Position numbers and translations under genes: made by a program. Source: Raillietiella orientalis (Eukaryota). From it: 64,000 bases of DNA. The notes below the pieces were generated by a model that was not told the DNA's origin, made no database searches, and was given only the letters and a program-made list of their open reading frames with translations. Shown here piece after piece: positions 63,407 to 64,000 of this stretch (within the stretch, counting starts at the first letter, position 1; each line of letters begins with the position of its first letter). The stretch lies in the NCBI GenBank assembly GCA_036172245.1, contig JAYWIR010000010.1, forward strand, positions 1,240,001 to 1,304,000. Reading direction: 5' to 3'.

Positions 63407-63838
63407 GTTCCTTTCACGTTCCCTTCGCTCCCCCCATTCCTCCTCTTTTTCCTTCCCGTTCCTCTTGCACCACTGGGAGTGCCCCGCCGGATCCACCAAA
63501 CCAAGCGTCCGTATCGTTCGCTTCGCTGGCAACTCGGTTGGCGGGCGCGAAATCCGAGGAAGAAAGGTGCGCACGGGCGAATCGGGAGCGGTTCCTGCGC
63601 GCGGGCGAGCACCCGCAACAACACAGTTTGCTCGTCTGGCTTTTGGCGAACCGGGCGCCTCGCTCGCGACGCACGGTCACGACTCGCGCAGCAGGGACGA
63701 GACCGTTCTCTGCTCAGCCGAGATGGCTGCTTGCGTGCCCCGCCAACAGCAGGGAGGCCAGGCAGACGCGCCGCTTGCCGCACGATGACGACGACGACCA
63801 CGAGTGGCGAAGGGCTAAGCCTAAGGGCAAAGGTAGGC

Positions 63839-63843
<5 letters not shown>

Positions 63844-63873
<30 letters not shown>
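63844..63873. repeat. (CTG)10 trinucleotide repeat in the GC-rich SDR intron
   Basis: Directly visible. Confidence 0.95.
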
Positions 63874-63875
<2 letters not shown>

Positions 63876-64000
63876 TCGAGCCGGCCCCAGCGGCGCGCGC
63901 GCCAAACTGCCAGCTTCTCGGACGCAACCGAGCGAGCGGGACGGCTCGAGGGCGAGAGCGCCGTCCGTCGGGGCGGCTGGCGCTGCTGGTCTTGAGCAGC

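Noticed and set aside
1..64000. CRISPR arrays, rRNA/tRNA genes, prokaryotic operons or defence systems
   Set aside because: None seen; the window is intron-containing eukaryotic DNA with no regularly spaced direct repeats.

Overview
Eukaryotic (invertebrate, probably arthropod-like; species not determinable) genomic DNA, not prokaryotic; most entries in the ORF track are spurious. Seven spliced protein-coding genes can be reconstructed by hand: GCLC (+, 14332-18425), a mitochondrial folate/FAD carrier SLC25A32 (-, 19923-18533), the 59-aa microprotein COPS9/CSNAP (+, 20392-21182, invisible to the ORF track), a putative secreted protein with 3 EB modules and 4 LDLa repeats (+, ~31085-48749), ALG1 (+, 51950-54196), BTAF1/Mot1 (+, 54603-61735) and the first exon of an SDR9C-type dehydrogenase (+, 63082-63406, runs off the window). 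The housekeeping genes are AT-rich, CpG-depleted and split by very short (40-55 nt) introns with weak splice signals. The intergenic DNA and the EB-LDLa and SDR genes are CpG-rich, and the intergenic DNA and long EB-LDLa introns carry decayed non-LTR retrotransposons. Positions 1-7056 hold an L1/Tx1-like LINE whose 5' half appears inverted, plus a tandem second 3' copy with covarying 3'-end hairpins. I found no clearly novel system. The best leads are the hidden COPS9 gene, a possible ALG1-BTAF1 co-transcribed pair, the minimal-intron architecture and the structured LINE 3' end.
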